From Candidatus Harpocratesius repetitus (GTDB lineage: Archaea; Asgardarchaeota; Lokiarchaeia; Sigyniarchaeales; Promethearchaeaceae): a stretch of DNA of 32,000 nucleotides. The position numbers and the translations under genes were made by a program. Positions 17,297 through 27,171 of this stretch are shown one piece after another; within the stretch, counting starts at the first letter, position 1, and each line of letters opens with the position of its first letter. The stretch spans positions 2,340,001 to 2,372,000 of the forward strand of contig JAIZWK010000001.1 in NCBI GenBank assembly GCA_021498095.1. The letters run 5' to 3'. The notes beneath the pieces are model-generated. The model did no database searches. It was not told the DNA's origin and saw only the letters and a program-made list of their open reading frames with translations.

Positions 17297-19360
17297 TTAT
17301 TTTAATTTCCTTGTTTTTATAAGTAAAAGACTTATACTTATCATTATCACTGAGATAAACAAGTATGTTGGATATCCTGGTATATTTGAGATATCAAATT
17401 TTAAATCATCCGTTGTAGTATCATCTGAAGTAGTATCATCTGAAGTAGTATCATCTGAAGTAGTATCATCTGTTGCAGTATCATCTGATGTAGTATCATC
17501 TGTTGCGGTATCGTCTGAAGTAGTATCATCTGTTGCGGTATCGTCTGAAGAGCCTATATCTGTTACTGTAATTTGCATTGAATAATTTGGATTTGGTTCT
17601 ATCGCATAGATTAAAATGTAATACATACCACTAGAATCAATTATTGCTTCAATATGTTCATTATCACTGGTAGAATTTGACTGTGCTAATATATTCGCTG
17701 AACTATCTGTAAAAACCATATCAATATCTCCATCAAGATTGCTAAACAATAGATCAATTACAATTTGACTATTAGAATCCAATGATATTTTATACCAATC
17801 TTCATCAAAGGCGCAAAGATCATAATATGAACCAGGAACAACTAATGTTGCATGAATATAATCATCATTATCTTCAAATGCATCATCACCTGAAGTTATG
17901 GAAACTGTTAAATCATAATGTGGATTCGGTTCATATTCATCAATTTGAATATAATAATAACCTGAAATTTCTGCCTGATAACTAATATATTCATTATCAG
18001 TAGTGGATGTTGAAGATGATACTAAGTTTTTATTAGGATCATATAAACCTAAATCAATATCTCCTTCTGAATTATAAAATTCTATTAGTACTTCAATGAT
18101 TTCCCCATCTTCTAAATAAATCCGATAAAAATCATCATCAAAACAGACGAGATTGGGATAATAACCTTCATATATTTCTGGAGCTGAATCAAAATCATCA
18201 TTTTCTTCATATTCATCATCAGCTATAGAAATACTTATTGTCATATCATAATGAGGATTAGGTTCATAATCATCTATATGAATATAGTAATAACCAGATA
18301 ATGTCGCTTTATAACTTATAAATTCATTATCAGTAGAAGAATAAGAAGAACTGATTAAATTTTGACTTGGATCATAAAGTTCTAGATTTATATCACCGTC
18401 TATTGTAGAAAATTCTAATAATATCTCTATTATTTCATTGTTCTCAATATATATCTTAAACCAATCGTCATCATTGCATACTAAACTAGAATAATATCCT
18501 TCTGTAATTATCTTTGCAGAGCCGATATTATCGTTTTCTTCATATACATCATCAGGTGGAGCCAATAATTCAATACTCCATATTAAATCAGTAGGTAATT
18601 CGTCTGGATCATTGTTCAAAAATACAAAATACCATATATTTGAATACGGGACTGTAAAGACTCCTGAATCGCTAAAATAATCTCCATTTGATAAGGAATA
18701 ATAATAATAGGAATATCCACTTGAAAATGCGGCATATTCACTTTCATCCATTGCCATTGCAGTAATTCCTACATAATGATTCGTACCTGTAAAACTCCAT
18801 TCAACTTCACTTGCTTCATCTAAAGAATTTATAAAATAGCTATATCCCCAAGCACCATAGTTTATTAAGCTACCACCAAAATAATTACTAGTTTTTGAAG
18901 CAGAATATGTAAGTGCTGTACTTTCCTGATCACTATCGTAATTTGCAAAAATGATATACCAAGTGTCTGAATAAGGAATTGTGAATGTTCCAGAATCTGC
19001 ATAATAATCTCCTGATGATTCAAGATAATAAGTATATGAGTATCCATAATAAAAATTATTATAGTTTGCTGAATCCATCACCATTACTTTTATTCCAACA
19101 TAAGTGTTAGTTCCAGAAAAACTCCAACTTATTTCATCATTGCCTGACATTATCCAATAATAACCCACCCAATCACCATAGAAAAGAATCTCTAAATCTT
19201 GGGAATAAGGCATATCTATATTTTGATAATCTCTCATATTTTTCTGATCCTTTAAGATAAGATCAGATTGTGTAGTCATTGCTACATTAAGCGGAATAAA
19301 GCAAAAAATACTGAATATGACCAAGCTAAGAAGTAAAACTCTTTTTTTTTTATGTATCAA
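17297..19360 (-). CDS. Cell-surface protein: signal peptide, 2 Tyr-rich repeats, 3 PPC-like domains, D/T linker, IPGY-TM-basic (Loki-CTERM-like) anchor
   Basis: KKKR plus a hydrophobic N-terminus. Two EI(V)xWSF(S/T)GTNxYVGI repeats and three DDxYEEND...DDW...GDIDL...NE repeats. C-terminus IPGYPTYLFISVIMISISLLLIKTRKLK. Confidence 0.85.
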   Translation of the reverse strand: MIHKKKRVLLLSLVIFSIFCFIPLNVAMTTQSDLILKDQKNMRDYQNIDMPYSQDLEILFYGDWVGYYWIMSGNDEISWSFSGTNTYVGIKVMVMDSANYNNFYYGYSYTYYLESSGDYYADSGTFTIPYSDTWYIIFANYDSDQESTALTYSASKTSNYFGGSLINYGAWGYSYFINSLDEASEVEWSFTGTNHYVGITAMAMDESEYAAFSSGYSYYYYSLSNGDYFSDSGVFTVPYSNIWYFVFLNNDPDELPTDLIWSIELLAPPDDVYEENDNIGSAKIITEGYYSSLVCNDDDWFKIYIENNEIIEILLEFSTIDGDINLELYDPSQNLISSSYSSTDNEFISYKATLSGYYYIHIDDYEPNPHYDMTISISIADDEYEENDDFDSAPEIYEGYYPNLVCFDDDFYRIYLEDGEIIEVLIEFYNSEGDIDLGLYDPNKNLVSSSTSTTDNEYISYQAEISGYYYIQIDEYEPNPHYDLTVSITSGDDAFEDNDDYIHATLVVPGSYYDLCAFDEDWYKISLDSNSQIVIDLLFSNLDGDIDMVFTDSSANILAQSNSTSDNEHIEAIIDSSGMYYILIYAIEPNPNYSMQITVTDIGSSDDTATDDTTSDDTATDDTTSDDTATDDTTSDDTTSDDTTSDDTTTDDLKFDISNIPGYPTYLFISVIMISISLLLIKTRKLK
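17406..17550. repeat. 15-bp coding tandem repeat (DDT[A/T][T/S] x9)
   Basis: gtagtatcatctgaa-type units read directly in the sequence. Confidence 0.95.
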
Positions 19361-19644
19361 AATTTACATCCCCCAGAAAATGTGAATGTGATTACACATT
19401 TGTATCCATTGTCACCTTTTAGACATAAATAACTTTTGTTATATAATTCTTAATTCTTTATTTCTGAATTATAGGAGCCTTTATCAACATTTGATAGATT
19501 AAAAAAAAAAAAGAAATCCTGCATAATTTACGCATTTACCAATATTCCATCCAAATTTGAAATTTGTCGATCAAAAATTTAGAACTTTTTTTATCATTTT
19601 CAACTATAATTTGATTAAAAATAATCAAAAATCGATCCATAATT

Positions 19645-19956
19645 GAGGGTATTTTAAATTTCAAAGATTCGAAGTTTCTTATTTCATCATCTTAATTCTC
19701 CCGACTCAAATCTAAAATATCCTTCCTTATTTTTTGTCGATTTTACCAAGGTGCTAAATTCAAGATATGCAAATCAAAAATTATAATAAAATCGACATCA
19801 GATTGAAGAATTTATAAACAGGATGGTATATTTTTAACAAATTCTTTGAAAAAATCGAGTTCGACAAAAAAAGAATTGCGATATTTCAGATATAAGTCGG
19901 ATATATATGAATGATATTCAAAAAAGCGTTTAAATTAAAAAAGATAAAACATCCTC
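19645..19956 (-). mobile_element. 312-bp MITE, copy 2 (inverted, intergenic)
   Basis: Reverse complement matches 7084-7395 with about 17 substitutions by manual count and no net length change. AATT duplicated at 19641-19644 and 19957-19960. Confidence 0.92.
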
Positions 19957-20103
19957 AATTATATTTTCTAAAGTTTATTTTTGCCGACTGAAATAATTCT
20001 TGGATAAATTTGATTATTGTCGGGAAATAAAAGATTTAAATGGTAATTCAGTCAAAAATAAAGAAGTTGCTAGAACCTTATAGAATAAATAATTTAAAAA
20101 AAA

Positions 20104-21003
20104 TTAGAAAAACCAACCAATTGCGAATATTAGATTAATAAACACGACTGGAATCATAATAAATAGATAAACACGCTTGATCCATCGTTTAAGTGTACCA
20201 AAATCTAATAAAAAGCTCAGTATTAATACTCCGACTGTATTAGCGATAGCTGCATTTTCAACTTGTCCTAATTGTTCTGATAAGATTTCTTTTTGTAAGG
20301 TAAAATGTGTATTGATATATTCTTCAAATCGATCTATCTTTATCTCAATAAATCCTGCTCTTCCTTCTAAATTATCTTCATATGCTTGATAAGTTTCATT
20401 ATAAATAAATGAAGTATATACATATGTAAAAGCAAAATCTAAATTACTAGATTGAATCCATTTGATGTCCCATTGATTAAGGTCCGTTTGGGTGAGTACG
20501 ACTTGACCAAATCGATTAACTTCTTCTAATATTTGCTCATTTTTTTCTGAAATCGTCATACTAGAACGATAAAACCAAAAAGTAAACACATGTTCGGTGA
20601 ACAACCATTGAATAACTGGATTATCATAGTTTTTCAAATATATATCTTTAAAGTTATACCAAGTGTCTGTAAATTTGAGTAAATACACTAGAAGATTTTT
20701 ATATGCTTCTACAGGATCTTCTCCCAACATGGATACATCTCCAAATGTTTTATAGTCTAATTCTAATAAACCAAACCATAGATTTTCATATTTTAATTTA
20801 AGGTCAAGAAGATTATCATAAAGTGAATAATATGTGTTTTCATTTTGCTCAGCAGTAGCAATCTGTGAATTAATAGCGTTTCCAGTGAAATATTGAAACA
20901 TAGAAGTTAAAATAAAAATTAAACCTAATAGATAGATTATTGTTTGATATTTTGAATATTGATGATTTGCTTTTGATTTTTCCTTAATTTCGGTATTATT
21001 CAT
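20104..21003 (-). CDS. Membrane protein (1 N-terminal TM, large loop, 2 C-terminal TM); paralogue of 21010-21834
   Basis: Hydrophobic segments and motifs shared with its neighbour. Confidence 0.8.
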   Translation of the reverse strand: MNNTEIKEKSKANHQYSKYQTIIYLLGLIFILTSMFQYFTGNAINSQIATAEQNENTYYSLYDNLLDLKLKYENLWFGLLELDYKTFGDVSMLGEDPVEAYKNLLVYLLKFTDTWYNFKDIYLKNYDNPVIQWLFTEHVFTFWFYRSSMTISEKNEQILEEVNRFGQVVLTQTDLNQWDIKWIQSSNLDFAFTYVYTSFIYNETYQAYEDNLEGRAGFIEIKIDRFEEYINTHFTLQKEILSEQLGQVENAAIANTVGVLILSFLLDFGTLKRWIKRVYLFIMIPVVFINLIFAIGWFF

Positions 21004-21009
21004 TTTTTT

Positions 21010-21834
21010 CTATCCTCCTGTCTGAAAAATAAGAACTGAAGACCTGATAGCAACCACAATCACGCTTAATGCAATTATCAAAAACAATACTTTCCAGAAT
21101 GTTGAAACACTATCAAAATCTACAATAAAACCAATGATTAAGAGTCCTAATGTAGTTAAACTTATCATTGCATTAAGTTGATTAATTTGCTGCTCTGCTT
21201 TTGAAAGAGGTCGCTGAAAGTGTTGTTCAACATAATCATCAAATTTCCAAAAATCAACTACAATTAGAAAGGGCATATTCCCAAGCCAATCTTTCAATAT
21301 TGTATAGGAAGCACCAAAATAGAAAAAATCAGCACTTGAAGCCCATGCTATTGTGCTCCACTCATCAAAATTATCAATATTGTATGTATTTTCAAATGTA
21401 GTTTTGATTGAAGAAAAATCTTCTGCTAACCATTGTAATGTGATTATTTTTTCACTGAAAATCCATGCAATTTCTGAAGTAGGATCATTGATTTTGGATA
21501 AAAAGAAATCTTCTAAATCTTGATAAGGTTCACTGAAATGGATGGATTTTGCCATTAGACGGATAATTGCCTCTGTAGTATTGAAATAGCCGTTAATAGT
21601 GCTAGCGTAACAATCAAAATCTAAAGCAACATATTCCATATTCACTCGTGAAGATTTTTCTGTGATTTCAATTAAATATTGGCGATTTTTTTCTGCTTTC
21701 TGAATCCGACTTTGATAATTTGCTGCATAATTTGACAAAAAATTCCCATATGAGAATTCTATAAACGATACTAAGATAAGCAATATTCCAAGAATAAATA
21801 CGACTGATTGATAACGTTTTTCCCTTTGTTCCAT
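21010..21834 (-). CDS. Membrane protein; paralogue of 20104-21003
   Basis: Same topology; the genes are 6 bp apart. Confidence 0.8.
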   Translation of the reverse strand: MEQREKRYQSVVFILGILLILVSFIEFSYGNFLSNYAANYQSRIQKAEKNRQYLIEITEKSSRVNMEYVALDFDCYASTINGYFNTTEAIIRLMAKSIHFSEPYQDLEDFFLSKINDPTSEIAWIFSEKIITLQWLAEDFSSIKTTFENTYNIDNFDEWSTIAWASSADFFYFGASYTILKDWLGNMPFLIVVDFWKFDDYVEQHFQRPLSKAEQQINQLNAMISLTTLGLLIIGFIVDFDSVSTFWKVLFLIIALSVIVVAIRSSVLIFQTGG

Positions 21835-21925
21835 ATTATATCCTCTCCATAAGGATATAATTATTATCGACGTTTATGTTTTTGAAATTTTGTATTTGTA
21901 TGTCCTTTTCAGAAAATGTAAGTAT

Positions 21926-22630
21926 TTAAATTTGAACTAAAAGAGGTTTACCTAATACGGCTATTTTTCCATCTTTTTTAATTTGGATCCCGTATGCTAG
22001 CACTTTGACTCCAATTTTTTTTGCATTTCGAAGTAAATTACCAAATTCAGGATCAATTCGATCAAATGGACTAATTTTTTGAATATCCATACGTTGGCTT
22101 AGAAAAAGCACTACAGCTTGATTTTTAGGATTGTTGCGAACTAAATGAATTAATTCCTGAAGATGACGTTTTCCTCGACTAGTAGGGGCATCAGGAAAAT
22201 AACCAACGCCATTTTCTTCGTAATTGGTTGCTTTAACTTCTAAGAAAATATTATCATTAAGTAAAAAATCAATACGAGAATGATTTTTTTGACCATAACG
22301 AACTTCTCTTTTAATTTTATGCACCGGAGAAAGAGGTTCTATGCGGTCTTTCTTAAGGGCTTCAAATATTATTTCGTTTGGTACTTGAGAATCAATTAAT
22401 ATCAAGGATTTTGGATGTTTAACATAAAGGAGAGAATAATCCAATTTACGTTTTGGAGATGAACGATTTTCGACCAGAACACGCGCCCCAGGTTTCAAAA
22501 ATTTGATCATTCGACCTGGATTCAGAATATGACACTTATATTGTACTCCATGGAGTTTTATTATTCCCACAAATCGATTTTCCCGTTTTATAAAAATTGC
22601 CTCTTCAAGTTTTTGAGCAATTTGCACCAT
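21926..22630 (-). CDS. sfsA: DNA/RNA nuclease SfsA
   Basis: KRENRF, CHILNPGRM, SRIDFLL, EVKAT, FPDAPTSRGKRHLQEL, DPEF. Confidence 0.95.
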   Translation of the reverse strand: MVQIAQKLEEAIFIKRENRFVGIIKLHGVQYKCHILNPGRMIKFLKPGARVLVENRSSPKRKLDYSLLYVKHPKSLILIDSQVPNEIIFEALKKDRIEPLSPVHKIKREVRYGQKNHSRIDFLLNDNIFLEVKATNYEENGVGYFPDAPTSRGKRHLQELIHLVRNNPKNQAVVLFLSQRMDIQKISPFDRIDPEFGNLLRNAKKIGVKVLAYGIQIKKDGKIAVLGKPLLVQI

Positions 22631-22739
22631 CTTGAAATCTTTTAATTTGTATTAGTTATATATCTTATGTTCTTTTGAAACTCCTTAAAGGGAAATTTAG
22701 AAGAAAAAATTATAAAAAATTTAAGAATAGTAAAAAGCA

Positions 22740-25523
22740 CTATAAAAATATTGAATATTCTGAATTTTTAAGTTCTATTTCACTAACATCGCGTAAATAT
22801 TTTAGAAAAGTCTTAGCAGATTCTGTTTTTATTTTTAATAATTCATCTTCGATGATAGGGCGCATTTGCATCAAATTTGGATGAGTTTTGTCAATAATTG
22901 TTATTGGTTCATTTGCTTTCATTCGTACAATACACTCTTGAATTGACCAATCTTGATACTGTTTTTGAAGATATTCTTGAAAATCATCTTTAAACCAGTG
23001 TGTCCATACATCATCATCAACCGAATTAAAATCTGCATCATCGAATTCTAACCTACATTTTTTTCGTATCATACATAAAGGTAAAGATTTTATTTTTGTT
23101 TCATTGAGATATAATGTACGTAATTTTTTCAATTTCAAAATTTTAAAAGAGATTTCTTTAATGGGATTATTACTTAGATCTAAATCTTCCAAATATTCTA
23201 AATCATAAATTACTTCAGGAACACTTGATAAATTACAACTCTCTAAATTTAATGCTGTAATTTTAAAATCTTTAATATAAAAACCTTTTTTTTCATAAGG
23301 GTTCATCAAAAATGGAATATGTGAACCTAGTATTTGTTCTATTTTTTGAAGAATTTCTTGTTGATGAAAAATTAATTGAATTTGTGATAAAATTTTGGTA
23401 ATTTCTTTTTTTTCTTTTAGTTTTTTTAGAAATTCTAAAATTTGATGTTTATACTTAATTATATCAGGATATAATGCATCAATTTTTCTTATACAATAAT
23501 TATCTTCAATATTTTTACAAAATTCCTCAAATTTCCATGTTTCTATTCCATATAAAATTTTGAGATAATCACTTAATTCATCATCAAAATAATCATTACT
23601 TACTTCATTTTGAACTTCCAGATTTTCTATACATTCTATATTTAATTTATTAAAACTTCCTAGCACAGGTGGAAAATCAGAAAAATTATTATCACTAAGT
23701 ATAATCCATTCTAAATTTTGCAATGCTGACATTTCGATTGGAAGATTTGTAAGAGAATTATTTTTAAGATACAACTCTCGAATATTCTTAAAATGAAGGA
23801 TGGCTTCAGGTAATTTTTCAATATTTAGATTATTTAGAAAAAGTTGAGTAACTAAACCGTTTTCTATTATTATTCCTTGATTTATTTCATAAAATAGTTC
23901 TTCACCAAATTCTTCAATTATACAACGGTATATTGGTATTTCTTGCTTTAATTCTTTGAACAACATGCGTATCCATGGTGCCTCATCTGGATTTATCGGT
24001 TCTCCTTGAATATATTCCATTTTTACAAAAAATTCAACATATTTTGCAGTATCAGTGGTATTTTCTTGACAGAATTTCAAAATATGATCTTTATTTTGTA
24101 TTAGTATTTTGGGAATATGTGAAGAAAAATCTAGAGGTTGGTTATTTTTTATACAAGATTCAATTTTTTCTATTGTAAGTTGTTCATTTTCTGCTCGTTT
24201 TTTTAAATATTGACATAAATATTTTGATCTATCATCAATAGGTATTATAAGTTTGACATATTTTATTTTGATCGGATTATTATATAAGCTAAAATATTTT
24301 AAATATCGTAAATGTGAAATATCATTGGGTATTGAAGAAATTTTATTGTTAGAAAGATCTATATCTTGAAGAAAATGCAATGAAAATACTTCTTTGGGTA
24401 TCTGTTCCAAATTAATACCAACTAATCTTAGAGTAGTAATATGTGGATAATCAAGTTCTTCACTACTAATATTATATTCTTCATCTGAGAGGTTGTTCTC
24501 AACAATTCCTTCTATCCCATTTGCAACTGCCATGCACCAATTTTTATCTTTATAAAATTCTCGATATTCTTCTTCATAGAATCCTCTACCTGGAAAATAA
24601 ATCTCAATGAAATAACCAATTTGGTTACTAATTGCCGCTAACAATTTCGCTTCTTTTGAGAAAATACCAAAGTTATAATCTTTTTCAGTCCACTTTTTTT
24701 TCTTTTTTCCACGCAAGCGTATTGCTTTATACCAACCATCTTGACCCCAATTTTCAACTTCATGCTTTCTAGAAAAGAATAATGTTTTCTCTCTAGGAAA
24801 ATTTTCTCTTCTATATAAATTATTAATTATTCTTATCCAAGTATTTGAATCATTTTTATCTAGAATTTGTGCTAACATATTTTCGACTGTTGTAGTAAAA
24901 GAATCTGGGTATCGACACAGATCTTCATATATTTCATATAATCTATCACTAAAAGGCGCGCTGGTAAAGATATTTTGTTCTCGATTTTTATAAAAGAAGT
25001 AGGTTTCTAGTTTTGCGCCTTGTTCCCGCCATAATCTTTCATCTCCATCATAAGTGGTAATAAATCCTTTGTTTCCTTGAAAATTTTCAGGAGTAAGGAT
25101 AAAAGACCATACATTTTTTAGATTATTCTCAAATTTTTGCTTCCATTCTTTATTTTTAAGCCATGTTTTTTGCTTTTTTTCATAATCTTGTTTGAATTTT
25201 TGGTGATTTCCTTTTTTTAGTTCTTTATAAAACGGTGTTTGAGGATTTGTAATTAATCCTACTTCGAAATCAAAATAATGGCAAAATTCTGAAAAGAATA
25301 GAGAGAGATCTTTTGAAAAATGATTCATCGCTTCTTCTGAAGATTGAGCCATTATCCCTACAATGCCTTCATATAATACAGTTTCAATAGAATTGCTGGT
25401 TTGAAGAATTTCGGTTAAAAATTGGCTAAGCGGAATATTCTTTGTTAGAGATTTTTTAATCTCTCTTTTTCTTTCGATTTTTTCTAAATCAAATTTATTA
25501 GTATTATTTTTCATTCTAATCAT
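22740..25523 (-). CDS. Large leucine-rich-repeat protein with three LRR cassettes
   Basis: LQDIDLSNNKISSIP, IRELYLKNNSLTNLP, LEDLDLSNNPIKEI, LRTLYLNETKIKSLP. Confidence 0.88.
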   Translation of the reverse strand: MIRMKNNTNKFDLEKIERKREIKKSLTKNIPLSQFLTEILQTSNSIETVLYEGIVGIMAQSSEEAMNHFSKDLSLFFSEFCHYFDFEVGLITNPQTPFYKELKKGNHQKFKQDYEKKQKTWLKNKEWKQKFENNLKNVWSFILTPENFQGNKGFITTYDGDERLWREQGAKLETYFFYKNREQNIFTSAPFSDRLYEIYEDLCRYPDSFTTTVENMLAQILDKNDSNTWIRIINNLYRRENFPREKTLFFSRKHEVENWGQDGWYKAIRLRGKKKKKWTEKDYNFGIFSKEAKLLAAISNQIGYFIEIYFPGRGFYEEEYREFYKDKNWCMAVANGIEGIVENNLSDEEYNISSEELDYPHITTLRLVGINLEQIPKEVFSLHFLQDIDLSNNKISSIPNDISHLRYLKYFSLYNNPIKIKYVKLIIPIDDRSKYLCQYLKKRAENEQLTIEKIESCIKNNQPLDFSSHIPKILIQNKDHILKFCQENTTDTAKYVEFFVKMEYIQGEPINPDEAPWIRMLFKELKQEIPIYRCIIEEFGEELFYEINQGIIIENGLVTQLFLNNLNIEKLPEAILHFKNIRELYLKNNSLTNLPIEMSALQNLEWIILSDNNFSDFPPVLGSFNKLNIECIENLEVQNEVSNDYFDDELSDYLKILYGIETWKFEEFCKNIEDNYCIRKIDALYPDIIKYKHQILEFLKKLKEKKEITKILSQIQLIFHQQEILQKIEQILGSHIPFLMNPYEKKGFYIKDFKITALNLESCNLSSVPEVIYDLEYLEDLDLSNNPIKEISFKILKLKKLRTLYLNETKIKSLPLCMIRKKCRLEFDDADFNSVDDDVWTHWFKDDFQEYLQKQYQDWSIQECIVRMKANEPITIIDKTHPNLMQMRPIIEDELLKIKTESAKTFLKYLRDVSEIELKNSEYSIFL

Positions 25524-25678
25524 CTTTGAATATTATTTATTTACTCTTTGCCTTTTTAAATTCATAGATTTTCACAAAAAGAAAGAAAAAAACTATCTTT
25601 TAAAGAAATAAAATCAATAAAAATCTCCAAAATTGCTTTTTTCCTTTGATATAAAAGAATTATTAATCAGAATTAAGG

Positions 25679-25761
25679 CGCACACGGCAGGACTTGAACC
25701 TGCGAGCCATTACTGGCATCGGATTTCGAATCCGACTCGGTAACCACTTCGATACGTGTGC
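25679..25761 (-). tRNA. tRNA-Ser (anticodon CGA), intronless
   Basis: GCACACG/CGTGTGC acceptor stem, TCGGA-TTCGAAA-TCCGA anticodon arm, long variable arm, GCAGG-TTCAAGT-CCTGC T arm, discriminator G. The genome continues CC then T, so CCA is not fully encoded. Confidence 0.95.
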
Positions 25762-25913
25762 TTTTTAACTTTTTATGTGAAAGTACAATTCTAAAAAAAA
25801 AAGTTTTATGGCTCAAATTCTCTCTAAAAGAAAATTGAAAAATAGCGAAACACTGCAAAAATTTATCAATGCGCAGAGATAAATGCGAATTGAGGAGTGT
25901 GGTGAATTCGTTT

Positions 25914-27101
25914 ATGCCAGAGGTTACTGGTAAACCTACAGTTGAAATTCCTATTATTCAGCAAATGTTTAATACATGTGGGTTGGCATCAATATTAATG
26001 CTTTCTTATGATAAATCACTACTTTTTATTCGCAGAAATCTTATAAAACTCTTAGAAATCATTCAACCTCTTATCAAAGATGAATGTAAACAAAAAAAAA
26101 ATGATATCTGTTTACAATATGCTCTTCAATATATTCTCTTGAAAATTCAAAACCGAGAGTGTATAAGATATCGATTTCTTTATAACTATTTACATGGTAA
26201 ATTTGGCTATACATTTGATGATCAAGTTGCAGTTCATACTTATCTGCTTGGTTCTAAGCTAAGTGATTTCCTTAATTCTCAAAAATTTTCCTATTATGAT
26301 TGTTATAAGCTTTACTTAGAAAATCGTGGTTTAATTACTCCTGACTTATTGCAAAATGAAATGTTAACAATGAAAACAGATTTAGAATTGAAATTTTTAA
26401 TGGAAATTTTTGGATTTTCGTTTATACCATATGAATCAGGAGACGGAACAGGTGCACTTTATATTCCTAAAAAAGCTGTTGGGAAACGTAAAACATATCA
26501 TAAGTTGGCAAAAAAATTAATTCAGATAGTCAAAGATCCGAAATATAGGATCTTATATGGTTTTTCAAATCACTGGGTTGCAGTATTTCAAATAATTGAA
26601 TCCGAAACTAATACAGAAATACCTAAGATTTATTATAATGATCCGATGACTGCTAGTGTAAAATCAATTAAAATAGATCAGTTAGATAATTCTCATCGAT
26701 TTTATATTTTTAAAAGGAATAAATTGAATTTAAATAAATTATGGGAAAATGTGCTCGAAACTGTAGAAGAAGACATAAAAACAGAGTCACACCTTCAAGA
26801 AATGCATGCAGTTGAGAAAGTTTTAGCGAGTAGAAAAGAGAAAGATTCAGCTTCTGCCTTATTTGCAGTCTTAAATCCCTCAATAAATCAAGAATCTTCT
26901 CATATTAAAGATAATTCGAAAAAAGAGTTTTTTTCTCCAGTATCTCAGAATTCTGAAAAATCTCAGAATTCTCTTGAGATTATGTCTGAAAAAGACAATG
27001 AAAGAATAAATCATAAAGAAAAGAAGAAAAATATTTCCAATAATAATGAGAATTCTTCTGAAGAATGGGATATTGAAATTGATTTTGAATTTGAAGACTA
27101 A
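25914..27101 (+). CDS. C39-like (papain-fold) putative cysteine peptidase, paralogue 1
   Basis: QQMFNTCGLASILML, NHWVAV, IYYNDP. SD-like GGTGA before ATG 25914. Confidence 0.6.
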   Translation: MPEVTGKPTVEIPIIQQMFNTCGLASILMLSYDKSLLFIRRNLIKLLEIIQPLIKDECKQKKNDICLQYALQYILLKIQNRECIRYRFLYNYLHGKFGYTFDDQVAVHTYLLGSKLSDFLNSQKFSYYDCYKLYLENRGLITPDLLQNEMLTMKTDLELKFLMEIFGFSFIPYESGDGTGALYIPKKAVGKRKTYHKLAKKLIQIVKDPKYRILYGFSNHWVAVFQIIESETNTEIPKIYYNDPMTASVKSIKIDQLDNSHRFYIFKRNKLNLNKLWENVLETVEEDIKTESHLQEMHAVEKVLASRKEKDSASALFAVLNPSINQESSHIKDNSKKEFFSPVSQNSEKSQNSLEIMSEKDNERINHKEKKKNISNNNENSSEEWDIEIDFEFED

Positions 27102-27171
27102 AATAAATTCTATTGTTCGCTAAATTTTTTTCCGAAATTAATTTAGGGATCTTGCATTAACTAGAAGTATA

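Noticed and set aside
17406-17550. CRISPR-like array
   Set aside because: It is an in-frame 15-bp coding repeat without spacers, and there are no cas genes.
25679-25761. tRNA-Ser as an integration site
   Set aside because: No integrase and no duplicated tRNA 3' end were found in the window.
27062-27101. LIR/AIM motif in the acidic tail EEWDIEIDFEFED
   Set aside because: Position +3 after the W is E, so it does not fit W/F/Y-x-x-L/I/V.
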